Below, one piece after another: positions 40,157 to 54,089 of a DNA stretch of 64,000 bases (its first letter is position 1; every line of letters starts with the position of its first letter). Below the pieces are notes generated by a model. The model was not told the DNA's origin, searched no databases, and saw only the letters and a program-made list of their open reading frames with translations. The stretch lies in the IMG/VR virus record IMGVR_UViG_3300028591_000108, positions 32,001-96,000 of that record; one strand, written 5' to 3'. Origin of the DNA: a virus (taxonomy: Duplodnaviria > Caudoviricetes). Both the position numbers and the translations under genes were made by a program.

Positions 40157-40618
40157 ATGAACGGTATTAAGATGTCAGATTGTCGGTTTTACACAGACGA
40201 GGGAGCGCGGACTGTTGTATGCGTTATTGCGGGTGAAGAAGTGGAGGATATACTAATTGGTTTTATTAGTGAAAACTTCGATTTCAATGATATCTGCATA
40301 GATTGGGCCCTTAAGCCGCGTTTTTACAAACAGCTAAAGATGCCTAAGTCTTTTATGGGCAAGGCAGTTTGCTCAGAAGACGATGAGTGGGACGAGGAGG
40401 CCGGTAAGCTTCTGGCTTTTAAGCGTGCGAAGACTAAGTTTTACAATAGTTTCTTCAAGCGTGCAAACATCCTAATGCGGGCGCTTGACAGCCGTCTAGA
40501 TGATATGGTAGAAGCGTTCGGGCAGTTGGGGCTTAAGATTGAGAATAATATGAATGCTATTGATAAGCAGCTTGATGATAAGAATCTTATTATTCCGCTA
40601 CCTGATGATAATGGTTAA
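40157..40618 (+). CDS. Hypothetical phage protein
   Basis: GKAVCSEDDEWDEEAGKLLAFKRA motif. Confidence 0.75.
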   Translation: MNGIKMSDCRFYTDEGARTVVCVIAGEEVEDILIGFISENFDFNDICIDWALKPRFYKQLKMPKSFMGKAVCSEDDEWDEEAGKLLAFKRAKTKFYNSFFKRANILMRALDSRLDDMVEAFGQLGLKIENNMNAIDKQLDDKNLIIPLPDDNG

Positions 40619-40636
40619 AAAAATAAAGGGCGAGAC

Positions 40637-41245
40637 TCAAAGTCTCGCCATTATTTTTTGTATTAGACCGCGTATTATATGTAATATTGCGGAACGACTC
40701 AAAGATATTTTTGCGCCCGGATAATAAAAACCTAGTATTTCTTTGTACGTTTTTCCGGCCCGTGCTGCGGCAATAGCGCCTTTCTAACTCATTCCTACTC
40801 CATGACCACTTTTCGCGCTAGAGTCCCACGGATCTGGCTGCGCGATTAGGTATGGTTTCTTAGTGCCCCATACTTCTTCACTGGAGTAAGTGTAGCCACC
40901 ATTTGCTTCGCAATAATTGGCGCTAATAACATTGCCATTATAAGTAAGTACCTATCCCTTAGTTTCCCATGCAGCTTTCGCGCAAGTAGCATATCCAATT
41001 CTATTTGCTCTATAGGCTTGCGCAGTTGAACTACTATCAGATATTACTTTTCCCGAAAGTACCCCTCTCGCGATTGCAAAACTTCTCGCCGCAACAGCCT
41101 AAGCTTTGCAAGTCTCAAGCGGTGCATTGCCAACTTCAGAAGCGACAACGCAAGTTACGTAATCCTCAAGGTCAACATCCACAATGGTATTTTTCGCGCA
41201 CCCATAATACTCCATATTAGTTTTGGTCGTAATTTTAACTTTCAT
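40637..41245 (-). CDS. SpoIID/LytB-family lytic transglycosylase (TAG=Gln)
   Basis: LEDYVTCVVASE...KA*AVAAR, QAY, GHGVGMS*KGA, YKEILGFYYPG; not in ORF track. Confidence 0.88.
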
Positions 41246-41324
41246 ATATATCACCTCCAACTATAAGTATTTGACTTATAGCAAAATTGTGCTATAATAT
41301 TCTTATAGAAAGGAAGTAATTTAA

Positions 41325-41648
41325 ATGAGTTTAACTTATCAAGAAATAGTTGAAAAGATTAAAAGTAAAGACGGCGTATCTTCAGCAGAAATTACAACTG
41401 AACAAATACTTATGTTATTCCATGACAGATATCTTAAAACTATAGAATGGGAACATAATCTATATGAATTTAATTTAATTCCAATTGAAAATGAAAAATA
41501 TTATAAATATTGGGTATATGATAACTTTCATAGCACACATGCGCTTGAACAAATAGTTAAAATGTCTCTTGAGGGCAAGTCAGTGTATCTTTTAATTCAA
41601 GATGAAGGTTTTGAGGTTAAAACAGAAGTATTGGAGACAGAAAAATGA
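41325..41648 (+). CDS. Hypothetical protein
   Basis: Promoter and RBS. Confidence 0.7.
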   Translation: MSLTYQEIVEKIKSKDGVSSAEITTEQILMLFHDRYLKTIEWEHNLYEFNLIPIENEKYYKYWVYDNFHSTHALEQIVKMSLEGKSVYLLIQDEGFEVKTEVLETEK

Positions 41649-42067
41649 ACGAACGTTATTTTAAGTTTGCGCGCGAAGCCGCGAAAGAATCTACATATCA
41701 TGGTTCTCATAACTTTTCTCCTGCGATCGGAGCGGTTTGCGTATACAAGGGCAGTATTGTAGCAAGCGCCTGTAATTCTAATAAAACTTCGCCGCTTCAG
41801 GCTAAATATAACGTATACAGATATAGCGGCAATAACACATTGCCCAAGGCTCATGCCGAAACAATTCTTTTGCAGAGATTGCGGTGGAAATTTGGCGACT
41901 CATTACAGTGGAATAAGGTACATATCTATCTGTATCGCGAATATGCCGATGGTTCGCTGGCGCCGTCTCGGCCCTGTCCCTCGTGCATGGCTATGCTGCG
42001 CGAATATGGCATCACTAAGATTTCTTATACTACCGAGGATGGATATGCTACAGAGCATCTAAAATAA
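41645..42067 (+). CDS. Zn-dependent cytidine/deoxycytidylate deaminase-family protein
   Basis: HAE and PCPSC zinc motifs. Confidence 0.85.
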   Translation: MNERYFKFAREAAKESTYHGSHNFSPAIGAVCVYKGSIVASACNSNKTSPLQAKYNVYRYSGNNTLPKAHAETILLQRLRWKFGDSLQWNKVHIYLYREYADGSLAPSRPCPSCMAMLREYGITKISYTTEDGYATEHLK

Positions 42068-42192
42068 TTTTAACCTTCGTAATAAAAACCTAAATATTAT
42101 TTTTACCTTATCCTCTCTATTATGAGGAAAAATGTTTCGGCGCCATCAAATGATGGCGCTATTTTAATTTTGAGAAAAAGGAGGTAAAATGA

Positions 42193-45100
42193 ATGGCTTA
42201 GAACTTATAGTTATATGATCGCAATAATTGGACAGACGGAATGCCAATTACAGCTACACGTATGAATACTATAGAAGAAGGTGTATCTATAAATCGTGCA
42301 GCTTTAATGACAATAGATGGCGATGTAGACGTCATGAAGGACCAAATTAATTAGCGTCCAACAACTGCAGGTATGCAGGCATATGTAGATTAGCAAGTTG
42401 GTTATGGCACGCAGGCATATAGAGAAGTCGTAGACGCGCATGACGGCGATGTATATTCTTCTCTTACCGACAGATTTATCACAGATGAAACCAACATTGC
42501 TGCTATCAAGGATATGCTAGGAACTAAAACTAATCCTGTTACAGAGGAATCTGAACCAGCATATTCTGGCACCAGCACTGTATACAATGCCGTCGATGCT
42601 GTAACAACAACTGCGAATCTTGTAAATGCAGAAGTGCGAAATGCAAGAGTTGATAGCGTTGCTAATAAAAACTATGATTCTTTATATTTACACCTAAGAA
42701 ACATAGATATTAGTATTAATAACGCGCAAGCAGACATTCTAACTATTGAAAATGCAGCAGGTGAAAATCAAACATTAGCTTCTCGTATGGCATAGTTAAC
42801 ACAATTGCAAGATGAAGTAGACGCAGCACGTCGTGCAGTGGCAGAAGGCGAAGATCCGGATACATTAGCAAAACGATTTGCATCTATTGATTCTCAGATT
42901 CAAGCAATACAAAACGATATTAATAGTTTGAGCAGTAATAAAGTAAATATTAGTGATATTGTTAATAATTTAACTAGCAATAACACTAATAAGCCACTAA
43001 GCGCCAATATGGGTAAAGCTTTACGTGATTTAGTTGGCGGAGTTTATGATGAAAACAATACTGTTACTGATGCTATTGACGCCGCAGAAGCAAGCGCGAA
43101 AGCGTATACAGATGAGAAAAATACTTATTATAATGTTGCAGAAATTAATGCGGCACATCGTAATCTAGGCATAGACCCAGAGACGGAAGAAGTAATAGTT
43201 GATTCTCTCAATAAGCGGTTCCGTGATGCTGAAGAAGATATTACTGCACTTCAAACTGAGGTTACTACGGCGCATGCAGACAACGCAAGTTTAAATACTC
43301 GCTTAACTACTCTTGAATCTGATGCGACGGCGATTGCGGCAGACCTGCACACAATTGCAACTGAGCTAGCAATGCTAGATGATTAGGATGCAATTAAAGA
43401 TACCAATACTAAGATTGATAACTTAGAAGCCGATATTCAAAGTTTTGCGCGCGAACTAGCTATGGCGCGTGATGAAAATGGGCGTTTGGTTGAGACAAGT
43501 ACACGCGTTGATACATTAGAAACGCAAGCTTCTAATATGGCAAATGCAATTTCTCATGCGGCCGAAGGTAATGACCCAGGTGGCCTAACTGAGCGTATTG
43601 TTGCATTAGAAACTGAACCTAAGTCTGCCACAGAAGTTGTTGCTGAATTGCCGTAGACTGGAGATGCAACTAAAGACTATTTAGTTGGCCCAAATGAGGA
43701 TGACAAATACTTCTATTATAAATGGATTGCAAATGAATGGCAACTGATTAGTGGTGATTCTGGCAGCGGAAGTTCTTCTGCGCTAATTGTTGCTGCATTA
43801 CCAGAGCCTTCTGCGGCGGATGTAAATATTGATTACTATGTAGGCAATAGTACCGATGGTTATACACACTATCGTTTTATTGCGGCATCAGCAGATGAAT
43901 CCGAAGGACATTTTATTAGAATTCTACCTAATAATTTAATTGGAGATATCTCTGTAGATCAATATGGCGGTCTTGTGGCTCATACAATTAATGATGATCA
44001 AACCAATTTATTAAGTAATTTTTATGCATTAAATGGTGTAACTTATACTCCTAATTATGATCCAAATGATGCTTCTGTATTAGTATCTCAGACGCTACAA
44101 TTTACAGGCACCGACGGACAACAGCTCGATCCAATTGTTATAGTTGGTGGCGGTGGAGGTAGTGGCACTGTATATAGCGTTAATATTGAATCTTCTACTC
44201 CTGCATCTCGTAGTATTCCATCTAATAGTACTGATCCTGTAACAATTCAAGCTAAAGTAGTAATGAAACAAGGAAATGAATTATTAGGCTCTGGAGCAAC
44301 TGCAGAAGGTTAGATTCAGTATCGTTAGTATGGAGCTTCTACTTGGTAGAATGGAGATCGTATTGAAGTAGATGCAGATGATCCGGCTATGCGTTATGTC
44401 ATTCCTAACAATACGAATTTTACTGTAGATGTAACCAAATATCTAGTAGAAGATAAAACAATGCAAATTCGTCTAGCTATTACTGCTTATCCCGGTGGTG
44501 AAGGCACTGAAGTTATTCGTAATCAAACTTTTAGTATTTCTAAAGTTAATATTGCTATTGCTGCCGAGGCATTTGATTATGGTTCTGTTAAGAGTAGTAA
44601 TTTCCAATTCAACTATCGTTGCTTTGGCTCAGGTATTGTAAAAACAGTTCATTTCTTAATTGATAATGAAGATGTAGTAACACCAGTTACAGTACCTGGG
44701 AACGTGCTTAGTTCTACAGTATTACCACAAAATATTCCAATGAATGGAAAAACAAATGGAATGCATACATTCTAGGTTTATTTTGTTACTAATACTGGTT
44801 TAGAATCTAATAGATTAAATTATTTCATACTATATAATACTGATGCTGAACGTCAAGCGCCTCTAATCGGTGCAGCCGCGGAAAATAGTAGTATAGTAGA
44901 TGGTGATGAATTAGTAGTAAATTATTCTGTTAATACAATTGGTAGTGAAACAACTGATAGCGTAGAAATTGAATTATATACTATGGAAGACGGAACTAAA
45001 AAAGTTCATTCCACAACTCTATTAACGAATGTAGATAATAATAAATTAGCAAGTCCTCCTTATCGTACTTTCGATTATCCTAGTTTAAAGAAAGATAATC

Positions 45101-48100
45101 CAACAGATCCAGATCCAGACCCAATTACTGTATATGTTAAATTAACAGCAACTCATAATGGTTTGAGTGATTCTTAGACTATAGCTGTTCAAGTTCGTTA
45201 TTTAAATACTACCTATAATTTACTGCCAGTAACAAATAACTTATTATTTAGTTATAGTGCTTATGGCCGTTCTAACAACAGCGCCAATAAAGATACATTT
45301 ATTTATCCTTTTACCAGTGTTAGTGGCGAAACTATTAATTTTACTGGTACGTTTAATAATTTTAACTGGGCTACTGACGGATATGTTGATGGTGAAAGTC
45401 TTATTATTGGCGGCGGAGCTACTTTAAACATCAATGTTCCTATATTTAATAGTAAATTTAATGATATTAGCATTGAAGAAAATACTAGTATAGGAAAAAT
45501 TACTACAAATGGTCGCACTATTGAAATTGATTATGAAGTACTCTCAACAACCAATTTAGGCGCGACAATCATTGATTGTATGACAACTGGTGCAAGTCCA
45601 AAAGGTTTCAGAGTCACTCCGCAGAACTGTTATTTATTAAATAGTGGTTCTAATATTGATATTGATGAAACAGGCTTTATTAAGAATGAAGAAAATGTGG
45701 CTGCTGCATATTTAAATCCGGGCATGCGCACACACTTAACTTTCGTCATTGAGCCCATGTCTACAGATGGTAGTGATCATCAATCAGTAAATATTTATGT
45801 TAATGGTGAATTTGCTAATGCATGCCCATATAATATAATTGGCAGTGATTTTGATAATAATGCTACGATTACAATTGGAAGCGATACATGCTTAATTAAG
45901 CTTTATAGTATTAAATTATATAATCGTGGCCTCACAGAAGCCCAAGTGTTGCATAATTATGAAGTTGCTCCTGTAGCAACTCGTGACAAACTTATTCGAC
46001 TAGAAGAAAATGATATTTTAAATGATTAGGGCCTAGTAGATTATGAAAGAGCGCGCAGAAAATATACTTGTTTATTATTAACAGGTATGGGAACTGTAAA
46101 TGGACATGCAGTACCAACTATGGCTCCATATAAGGGTTATCCTTCTGTTGTTGGGCGTGAAAAAGATAATGAAATAGTCGGTAAGACTGAATCTGGTTTA
46201 TTATTAACTAAACCAACAACTGAAAATACTGATGGTTATACAGTTGAGTTTGATTTATAGGATAAACTTATTGATCCTAATAATCTATATGGCTATGCTA
46301 GTTCTAATAACGTACAAGGAACATCTTCTTAGAAATTCCCCGTAAAGAACTTAAAAGTATATTTAGCAAAGGGCGACGATAGTAATATAATGGTATTTGA
46401 TGAAAATGAAACTATTTCTGTGAAATAGGTATATAAATATAGCATCAATACCGCCGCGGCAGCAGCATATACAAGTGTACATGGTAGTGAAACATCTTTA
46501 CCAGACTATATTAAAGATTGCGGAGCTAATATTGCTACTATTGTAAAAAATCTAGAAGAAGTGCCCACACAAGCGGAAGTAGTAGATAAAATTGTAGAAT
46601 ACTTAAATAATGAAGATACCGATGTTGGAGCAGCTTACTCTACCTATAGCACTGGCGATGAGTTAATAATTCATCCAATTAAGGCATATAAAAAGAGTAA
46701 AAAGGTTAAATATGCTTTACGTGATAATGGTATCGGTGAAAGTACTTTATGCTGGAAAGCAGATTACATGTCTACTGATCATGCTAATACTTTTAATGCG
46801 AATATCGCTAATACTCTATATAGTGCAGATGATAGATTATCTGATCGTTGGACAGATTAGACTCAATTTACAGTTTATGGCATTAAATGCTTACTATTTC
46901 AGAAAAATGGTGATGGGCAACCTGAATTTGTTGGTGATGGCTGCTTAAATAATGATAAAGGCAATCATGCTACATTTGGTTTAGAGACACCTGGCGATAC
47001 AGATGATAACACTATGTGCCAAAAGTGGGATTTCCGTAATAATACTGGTAGCTTATTATACTTTAAGCATGATGGTTTATTTGAAACTATTGACGGCAAA
47101 CCGGCGATAGCTAGAGAATTAGAGTGTATTTATCCAGATGAAGGCGATTTAGCTGATATTGGAATCACTCCTAATTACAATCATTTTTAGATTCTATCTT
47201 CTTGGTTAGGCAATCGCGCGAATTACTGGTATGAAAGTGATTCCAACAAGAAAGCCGCGAAGAAAAAAATCTTTATTGATGAATTTAGAAACCATTTTAA
47301 CTTTAATCATATTCTTATCTATTATCTATTTATGGAATATACTGCTTTATGCGATAACCGTGTAAAGAATATTCACATGAGAACTGATAATGCCGGAGAA
47401 GAAAGAATTAAGATTGCTAATAGTGATGAATATTATTTTGAAGGTAATAGCAATCCAAATTCTGGCCCTTGGACAATTGCTACTAACCTAGAAACTCGTA
47501 CAATGCAAGAACCTATTATGGACGAAAATGGTGATTACCAATTTGATGAAAATGGTAATATGCAATTAGGTAATGTATCTCACGTATTCGTTAAAGATAG
47601 TATTATTAATAGCATTGACTGGGAGCAAGGTGAGGGACATTCTAATTTTGCCATTTGGGCGCCAGTACTCTACGACCTTGACTCTTGTTTTAGCGCGGAT
47701 AACGTAGGATATCTAAAGATTCGTTATGATGCTGATTGGGATTATAGTCTATATAATAAATTGAAGTTTGCAGGCTATGACTCTATCTTATGGTTACAAG
47801 TAGAAGATTGTTTCCAAGATGATTTAAAAGCCACGGCTAAGAGACTATATAATCGTGTCGTTGGTCTAAATTATTCTACATTCTATCGTCAATAGATTAC
47901 TGATAATTTGGCTTCTTTATGTCCTGCAATTACTAACTAGGATATGATTCTTAAATATGATAAACCTTGGACTGAAGGATTCTTAGATTATAGTAAAAAT
48001 CCACCAGCACCAAGTACTGATGAATATAAATATCTACAACGCGGTACTCGTACCGGTCAAAAAGCTATTTTTATGAAACAGCGTTCTTTGTTCTTAGCTA

Positions 48101-51100
48101 GTAAATATGATGGAAATGAATTTACTCAAGATAAAATTACTTTCCGCGCAGGTACGCAAGTAAATCACGAAAATTCAATTCTAACTTTAACTGCTAATTA
48201 GAAATTATATCCTGGCGCATAGTTTGGTGATGTCAATGATACCACTAAAGTAACTCGTCGTGCAAATAAAGTATATGATTCTACATCAGGGGAATGGGTA
48301 GATATTAATGAAGAAGATTGGGTACCTGAATTTACACCATGTCAAATACAGCATTCTGGTAACATGAATAATACTGATGGTATTGAAATTTATGGCGCAT
48401 CTGTATTAAACGATATTGGTGATATTTCTCGTTTCCATCCTTGGCAGGTAAAAGTTGGTAATGCAGTTAACTTAAAGAAATTAATCATTGGTTCTGCCAC
48501 CTCAGGCTATTCCAATACATCTACAGATAAAATTAATGGACTAGATACTTGTGTATTATTGGAAGAAATTAATGTATGCAACCTAAAGAATTTAAGTTCA
48601 TTGCAATTGAGTAATAATGGTTTTATCAAAAAGGTCTATGCAACTGGTAGTGGTTTAAGAACTCTTGCGCTACCACGCGGCGGCGTGCTTGATACAATTG
48701 CATACGGCGAAAATACTACTGATATTACAATTATTAATTAGAGTCGCTTAATTAACTTTAGCTATGAAAATTCTAGCACTAATAATTATGGAAATGTAAC
48801 TCGTCTTTGGATTGAAAATACTCCTAATGTACCAGTACGTGAAATTATTACTGCAAGATTAACTTCTCGTTCTTCAGAGGATCAAGGTCTAAGGGCCGGT
48901 GGTTTACGTATTGTAGGTATTGATCTTGACTTAGGAGAAGATCAAAATTTCTTATAGTTAATTACAAGTGATTTAGTATTAGGAACTTATTTAACTGCAC
49001 AAGGCGGACATGTCGAAGGTAATAATCAACCACCATATATTAGTGGTAAGATTCATATTAGTTCAATTAGAGCTTCTTTATTAGCAAAAGTAAATGAAAT
49101 GTATCCAGATTTAATAGTATATAATACTATAGATGCAGAAGGAAAACCAAATAATAATGTTGAAACAGAATTTACTATTACATATCTAAATTATGATATG
49201 GACGAAGAACATCCTCTCTATGTTGATTATCGCTTAAGTAGTGAAAATGTAATTGACCCTGCCTATGATACAAATCCAATTACTAATACTTATTATATTG
49301 ATATTCCAACTAAGCCTGAAGATGCACAGTATAAATATAAATTTGGTACTCCAGATAGTAATAGTCCACGTGGATTTAAGCGCTTTAGCGGCTGGGTAGT
49401 AAAGGGTACTACTACTAATCCTACTAGTAGCACTAAACCAAATGGTAATATTACTTATGTTGCTTATTTCCCAACTTTGGAAAAATAGCAATATACTGTT
49501 AGATGGCTTAGCGACCGCAATGGAACAGAATTGCGTAGTGTATCTGTTCAGTATAATGATGATTTATCTGCAGAGGCTTCTCCTATAGAATTAGGAACAC
49601 TTACTCGCACAATGATTGATGGTAATATTAAAAAAGTTTTCTCTGGATGGAGTCGTCCATTAGGAAAAATTACTTCTAATGTTGATGTATACGCATTGTG
49701 GGAGACAAGTACTATTAATGATACTACACCATCTATTACTATGGAGACTCTTACTGCTGCAGATGTTTATGCTCTATCTTTAGTAGATAGCGCCCATAAA
49801 GCCGAATTGCTTGATGATAAATTAGGCACCCCAATTTTCATTAAAATGGGACAAGACTTTAATTATACTGAAGGCGTATAGATGGTTAATTTACTTGGTA
49901 ATAGCGATGAAATTCTGTTAGATGGTACTATTGATACAGTACATGTTTATAATGATATTAAACCGTTAGCTATAAATTCTGACTGGACTATTGCTATTGA
50001 CTATAAATTACTAATGGATAGCGCACAATCCTTTAATGATGGCTTAGAATTTGTATTAGCATCTTGCTATCAAAATGCGAATTCTTCTATTCAAGGATTT
50101 AAGATTTCATTAGTACATAGCGAAACCTCTTCTCAACATGCAATATAGGTTACTTGGGGTACCGCGTCTACCACCATTGATTATGCGCTTACTTCTACTA
50201 CAGATGATTAGTACTTTACATCATATAGAAATGTTGTTGTCCTTAGTCATAATTCTAATCTACCAAATGCATTACGTGTCTCATATGTTCTTCCAAATAC
50301 AGCAAATAGCCGAGCTCCAATTAATGCTAATTTTGGCTTATATGTCAATAATGAGCGTTTAACTTGGAATAGTAATGTACCTATTTCAGCACCATTAATT
50401 ATTGGCGGCAACTACGCAGGAACTACTACGACTATCGAAGAGCAAAGCTATTCTCGTCGTCCCGCATAGGGTGTTGTATATTGGGCCAAATTCTGGGATA
50501 CAGATTTAGGCGAAGCCAATTGCACTAAATTAGCAAGTTGGATACATGAAACAGTACCATTCTTACTAAGCGGTTATAATAACGGTAGTACAGGTTCAAC
50601 AGAACAAATTTATACTAGTAGCGCGCTTTCATTCGTTGCTGCACAAGGTATGGGAGATAGATATTTTTACGCTCGCCAGGCAGGAACTCCGGATGACAAT
50701 AACATGTATGGCTGGCATATGTCAGTTATGCGCTAGATTTGTAATAACTTAATTTATGCAGGAATGCCAGAAAATTATAAATCAATCATTCGTTCTACAC
50801 CTGTTAATTTCAATAGACGTAGCAGTGAAACAGGACAAACAATTTATGAGCCTGTAAATGATTATCTGTTCTTACCTGCTTATCGTGAGGTAGAGGAGGG
50901 CACAGTTAGTGGTACTTCTGAAGTAAATAGCCGTTGGTTAAATCCATGGCATTGGATGGCCCCAGCGAATTTAACAGTATTACAAGCATCTACTGGTTCA
51001 GAAGATATACTAGAGTCTAAAGCTGCCTCATCTATCGCATTTTTTCGTTATCGTTTCTCTGGTATGTATATATCTGAAAACAACCGTATCTTTAATACAA

Positions 51101-51456
51101 AGTCTGACCCTGCTGCTCAAATTGGATTACGGTATCGTGCAAGTGATGGCACAACTACCGCTGTTACAATTTAGCCCGGAGATGTATGGGTTAATCTATA
51201 GACTTCAACTGCTTTCATTTATATCTCAAATGAAGATATATCACGCGGAGTAACTTATGATCTACTTACTACGGGTGGAGCTTGGAAACGCGCGAAAGTA
51301 TGGCAATTAAGAACATACAATATGACCGTTCCTACTCCAACTATTAATGAAAACTTCTTTATGCATGTAGATTATAATGGAGCGATTAACACTAATCCAA
51401 CCGTCAGCACTCTTGATTCAGAAGGACGTCTATTATGTCCAGAATTTACAGTCTAA
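42193..51456 (+). CDS. Giant (~3087 aa) virion-associated protein with LamG-like and CotH-kinase-like regions (TAG=Gln)
   Basis: All frame-1 fragments from 42514 to 51174 are in one frame joined by TAG; motifs QGTSS*KFPVKN, CWKADYMS, NNDK, DNRVKN, YDLDSC; terminator at 51462. Confidence 0.8.
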
Positions 51457-51502
51457 TAACGAGGGAGGGCTTCAGCCCTCCCTCTCTTTGGAGGGAAGAT
51501 AA

Positions 51503-52255
51503 ATGAAATATTATAAGATAATTATTGATAAGACCTTTATTGGTGCTGTTTATTCTGGATAGTTTGTTGTCGAGAATACCAAAAATCATAAGTTATACTT
51601 TTGTACCGAAGAAAAAGGGCAATATGTAAATTATAATGGTATTCTATACAGAGACTACTGGATGCAGCCAATATTTACTAACACTTTTGAATTCACTAAT
51701 GCCCAAATACTCGAAATTACAGAAGAAGAGTATAACACATATATGGACGCAATTCATAATAATGAAGAAATTGATGATGAAGAAGAACCAGATGATGATG
51801 AGCCAATCGTAATTCCGCCAACACAGGAAGAAATAGATGAAGGTCTGGAGTTCGTTAGGGCTTCTAAGATTGCAGAAATGTCCGCGGCTTGCCGCCATGC
51901 GATTGAAGGAGGAATTGATTTGGATGTACATGGTGAAATGCGTCATTTCTCTCTTACCACGCAAGACTAGCTTAACCTAATGAGTTTAGGTGTTATGGCA
52001 CAAACTCAAGATATAATCCCATATCATGCAGATGGAGAAACTTGCGTTTTCTTTACCGCAGAAGAAATTAATTAGATTGTCTCAGCGGCGACAGCGCATA
52101 AGATATACCACACGACATATTACAATGCGCTTAAAGAATATATCAATGCGCTTGAGACAATAGAAGCAATTGCCGCAATTACTTATGGAACTTCAATTCC
52201 AGACGAATATAAGTCTGAAGTATTAAGGGTGATTGAAAATGAAACGGCTTCTTAA
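51503..52255 (+). CDS. DUF4376-like tail-associated protein (TAG=Gln)
   Basis: HFSLTTQD*LNL, PYHADGE, TYYNALK motifs. Confidence 0.7.
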
Positions 52256-52655
52256 AAATATTATTTTGTTTTTAATCTTTGGCGCAATTTATTATGCATG
52301 TGAATGCATGTGGAAAGGTGGCCTGTCACATTGGACAATGTTTGTCCTAGGAGGATTAGTTGGCGTACTAATTGGCGGTATTAATGAAAAAATAGAATGG
52401 GATATGCCATTCTTTCAGCAATGCACAATTGGTATGGGCGTTGCTATCTTTAGCGAAGCATTCGCGGGCATTATCCTTAACATTATATTAAAACTTAATG
52501 TCTGGCATTATACACGTCTATCTTTCTTCTGGAATCAATGTAGTGTGCCTTTCTGTGTTATATGGTTTATACTTGCTTCTGCGTGTATCGTTTTAGATGA
52601 TGTACTGCGGTGGAAATTATTTGGAGAAGAAAAGCCCCACTATAGGTTGAGGTGA
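52239..52655 (+). CDS. Multi-pass membrane protein (putative ABC-transporter-type-IV-like phage family)
   Basis: G.SHWTMFVLGG, E..AG..LN....VW.Y motifs. Confidence 0.7.
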   Translation: MKRLLKNIILFLIFGAIYYACECMWKGGLSHWTMFVLGGLVGVLIGGINEKIEWDMPFFQQCTIGMGVAIFSEAFAGIILNIILKLNVWHYTRLSFFWNQCSVPFCVIWFILASACIVLDDVLRWKLFGEEKPHYRLR

Positions 52656-52660
52656 TGTGA

Positions 52661-53005
52661 ATGGCTAATAAAGTAGCCGCAGCGGCTCTACAATATAGTA
52701 AAAAACTTAGCAAATTTATTTGCTGGATATGGGCTATTTATCGGTTTGCTGCATTAATAGCAATTGCAATTGTACCTTCTGCCGCAGAAGCATTTGCTTC
52801 TTCAATTGTTGGTATGGATACCATTATGATGGCTAATGTATCTACATATTTAATTAATTCACTTGGCGAAAAATACCTTTATAGTGATAAGTTTTTACTT
52901 AAATGGATAGATAAAGGTGGTTTTAAAACTTTAATTACTAAGGTCGCTAATAAGCTAACCGAGGAAGATGGAGGTGAAGAAGATGGCGACAGTGAAAACG
53001 GCTGA
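52661..53005 (+). CDS. Holin-like membrane protein
   Basis: Two TM segments directly upstream of endolysin. Confidence 0.55.
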   Translation: MANKVAAAALQYSKKLSKFICWIWAIYRFAALIAIAIVPSAAEAFASSIVGMDTIMMANVSTYLINSLGEKYLYSDKFLLKWIDKGGFKTLITKVANKLTEEDGGEEDGDSENG

Positions 53006-53708
53006 TTTGATTGCAAAATTTCAATATGCTTTAAACGATCATTGGGGCTATATACTTAATACAGCAGGAGAAAAATGGACTCAAGCGAAGTAGAATGCCA
53101 CAAAGATTGAAAATGCTAAACTTTATGGACAAAAATGGGTTGGCCATTATGTTGCCGATTGCAGTGGCTTATTCTCTTGGGCTTTTAAGCAACTTGGCGG
53201 CTATATGTATCATGGCAGTAACACAATGTGGAATAAATACTGTACTGCTAAGGGAGATCTTAGCGGCGGGAAGCGTACTGATGGACAGGAGTTGAAGCCA
53301 GGTACCGCAGTATTTGTTCTTAAAGATGGCCATGACCGTTCACATGTTGGACTTTACATTGGGGATGGTAAAGTTATTGAGGCCGCAAGCACCCAGTAGG
53401 GTGTTATTTAGTCTAGTATAACTCATAAGAAATGGGCCGAATGGGGCGAACTTAAAGGAGTGGATTACTCTGATGCATCCGTTTCGGCATCCAGCCCTGC
53501 ACCTGACCCAGCACCAATGCCAACTGTTGGTAGTGCAGTAGTTAATGATACAAGAGTAGCGTTGCGCTCTGCGCCATCTACTAGTGCGACAGTATTAACT
53601 CGCGTTGATAAGGGTGAACGTGTTCAAGTTTTAGATGATAAAACTTGGACAAAAGTTAGTTATTAGGGTAAAACTGGCTATATGATGACTAAATTCTTAA
53701 ATACTTGA
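52983..53708 (+). CDS. Endolysin: NlpC/P60 peptidase + SH3b (TAG=Gln)
   Basis: DCSGL, HVGLYIGDGKVIEA, LRSAPS...W.KV.Y*GKTGYMM. Confidence 0.85.
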
Positions 53709-53750
53709 CATTTACAAATTTTTATGATATAATAAAAGAAAAAGGAGGAT

Positions 53751-54089
53751 ATGAGTATGACAGATGTAACTCAGATTCTTATTGGCGTAATTCTCATCCT
53801 AGTTGGTGTTTACGCAAGTTTTGTTCGTCCATGGATTAGTTCTAAGCTAACTCCAGAGCAGCTAAACCTTTTGCGCCAGTTCTCTTAGGTAGCAGTTACT
53901 GCCGCGGAGCAGATTCTTACTATCACTACTGGTAAGGATAAGAAAGCTTATGCTATGGATTTAGTAAAACAGCTTCTATCTAAGTATAATCTAACCTTCG
54001 ATGAAGAGATTATTAGTGCTGCAATTGAGGAACGAGTTTATGAAATGAACAAAGAAAAGGAACCTAAGAATGAAAATAGTGAAGGTTGA
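53751..54089 (+). CDS. LL-H-like phage holin (one TAG)
   Basis: N-terminal TM; AVTAAEQ...GKDKK.YA...AAIE..VYEMN. Confidence 0.75.

Noticed and set aside
40637-51970. TAG as pyrrolysine
   Set aside because: TAG falls at conserved Gln positions and is far too frequent; no pyl genes were seen.
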